Source of the DNA: Antechinus flavipes
Taxonomy: Eukaryota
Length of the DNA stretch: 64,000 nucleotides
Assembly: GCF_016432865.1 (NCBI RefSeq)
Contig: NC_067398.1
Location: forward strand, 544,856,001-544,920,000
Direction of reading: 5' to 3'
Part shown: positions 62,741-64,000 of the stretch, one piece after another
Layout: every line of letters starts with the position of its first letter
How positions within the stretch are numbered: position 1 is the first letter of the stretch
Notes under the pieces: model-generated
Databases searched by the model: none
Told to the model about the DNA's origin: nothing
Seen by the model: the letters and a program-made list of their open reading frames with translations, nothing else
Translations under genes and position numbers: made by a program

Positions 62741-62900
62741 AATTCCATTTCTTTGCTTCTACCAAGAATACCTTTGTGGAACAATCATAAGCTACCGGGA
62801 ACCAACATGATAAAATAGATTTTGAAACTTGTGGAGGTGATAGCCCAAATACATCTTGACAAACAGGATGTTTCCAGATTACTTCTTCTTTAGGATGTCC
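62741..62900. repeat. Copy B of an unclassified ~150-bp locally duplicated element
   Basis: Aligns with 61384-61530; identical 22-mer at 62814-62835; small indels between copies. Confidence 0.8.
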
Positions 62901-64000
62901 TGGGCTTTGGGACTCCCTCTGTTCCATTTCAAATCTTCATTGAAAGCTGGCAGATGCATGCTACAGGCAGGGGGGAAAGTACTTTTCCTCCTACAATAAG
63001 CAATAACCCTGTGTATGATAACTCAACACAAGCTAAATAGCTGAAGGGCCCATTAGAGTAACCCTACCCGATGGAAAGGAACAGCTTGCCTTGCTGGTGA
63101 TAAGTACATGCGATTACTTGGGGACTCCATTCCCACTTCTGTCACAAGCTTGGATATCCTGAGTGAGGGGCCAAGAATACACAATAGAGATGTGAGCATA
63201 CACCAGGTCACACATCAGTGATCAAAAGCATGAAATCACTGCCTCCTCTTCTGGGGAAGGTGACAAGTTCTGCTTTCCAGAATCATGGGGAGGAAGAAGT
63301 TCTCAGCATTCAAAATTAAGTTAGAACACGTGTTGATCATTCTACTAATCACTCTCTCTTTGATCCCTGTCTGAGTTTTAAAGGGAAAAGAAACCTTTTT
63401 ACATATATCCTTTCAGGAACCTTGTCTTCTCAGCTTCACATCAGTGATTGCCAAAACTGGTGAGTATTGGAATTTTTAGGGCAGCAAAATAGATTGAAAG
63501 TACAACAGACAAGCAGACATGCATGGGTGCCTGTAATTTTGTACTCACAGTACGCCCTCCAAACTATTGGTTGCAAACACTGACTTTAGTAGACAGGATA
63601 CCCTCAATTTTAGATTTAAAAAGTTAAAATACATAAATACATACATACACACAGATAAAGAAAAGAAAATTTGCTGCAAGGTGGAAGTGGGAATAAAAAA
63701 CAGTGTTTTGGAATTTTTTTCTTTTGCAGATAGTCATCAAATAAGGTACAATATTTGCTAACAGAGGGTAATTTGAATTATCCACGGATAGTTCAAAAAC
63801 ACAAAGAGTTCATTACCCAGATATCTCTATTTAAAATAGATTTTGCTTTTGTTCATCAGTGAATTGCACATGGCTGGGAAATGGCACAGTGCCAGAAGGA
63901 AACTGCTCCTAATTTTCAGAGGAGGCCACCGGCTAATTACCCAGACTGCAGGTGTGAAGAGAGAAGCTCAAAGTAATCAATAGTAGTAATTAATCTGCTA

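Noticed and set aside
62646-62927. 93-aa ORF over copy B
   Set aside because: The frame is not preserved in copy A and there is no recognisable homology.
1-64000. Known miRNAs, tRNA/snRNA/rRNA genes, NUMT, ERV, CRISPR or prokaryotic systems
   Set aside because: I recognised no matching mature miRNA or structural RNA, no mitochondrial-like tract, no LTR pair or gag/pol, and no repeat-spacer array. The tRNA-like motifs all belong to SINE heads. This was a visual check only.

Overview
This is AT-rich vertebrate genomic DNA from a marsupial. The repeats are CORE-SINEs (WSINE1-like, MAR1-like with an RTE/BovB tail, MIR/MIR3), L2, CR1/L3, marsupial L1 3' ends, RTE/BovB fragments and hAT MITEs. WSINE1-like copies point to an Australian marsupial, possibly a dasyurid. 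The many short N gaps with ~100-bp mini-contigs indicate a short-read draft assembly. I found no recognisable protein-coding gene, rRNA, tRNA, known miRNA, NUMT, ERV or CRISPR array. The supplied ORFs trace to TE remnants, simple repeats, N runs or chance. The window looks like a large intron or intergenic region. The leads most worth checking are: (1) a ~150-bp element present twice, 1.36 kb apart, with two stems retained in both copies (61.4k/62.7k); (2) a possible + strand transcription unit made of promoter-like blocks at ~11k and ~24.4k, a CpG-retaining block and acceptor-flanked gaps at ~28k, and a well-formed 60-nt exon at 30018-30077; (3) an unclassified mRNA-like segment at 50.2-50.9k whose 3' end recurs as two diverged copies inside the adjacent gap; (4) several nested TE insertions. 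None of these is established as a new biological system. Repeat family names come from my recall of consensus sequences, and TE boundaries are approximate (about +/-20 bp).
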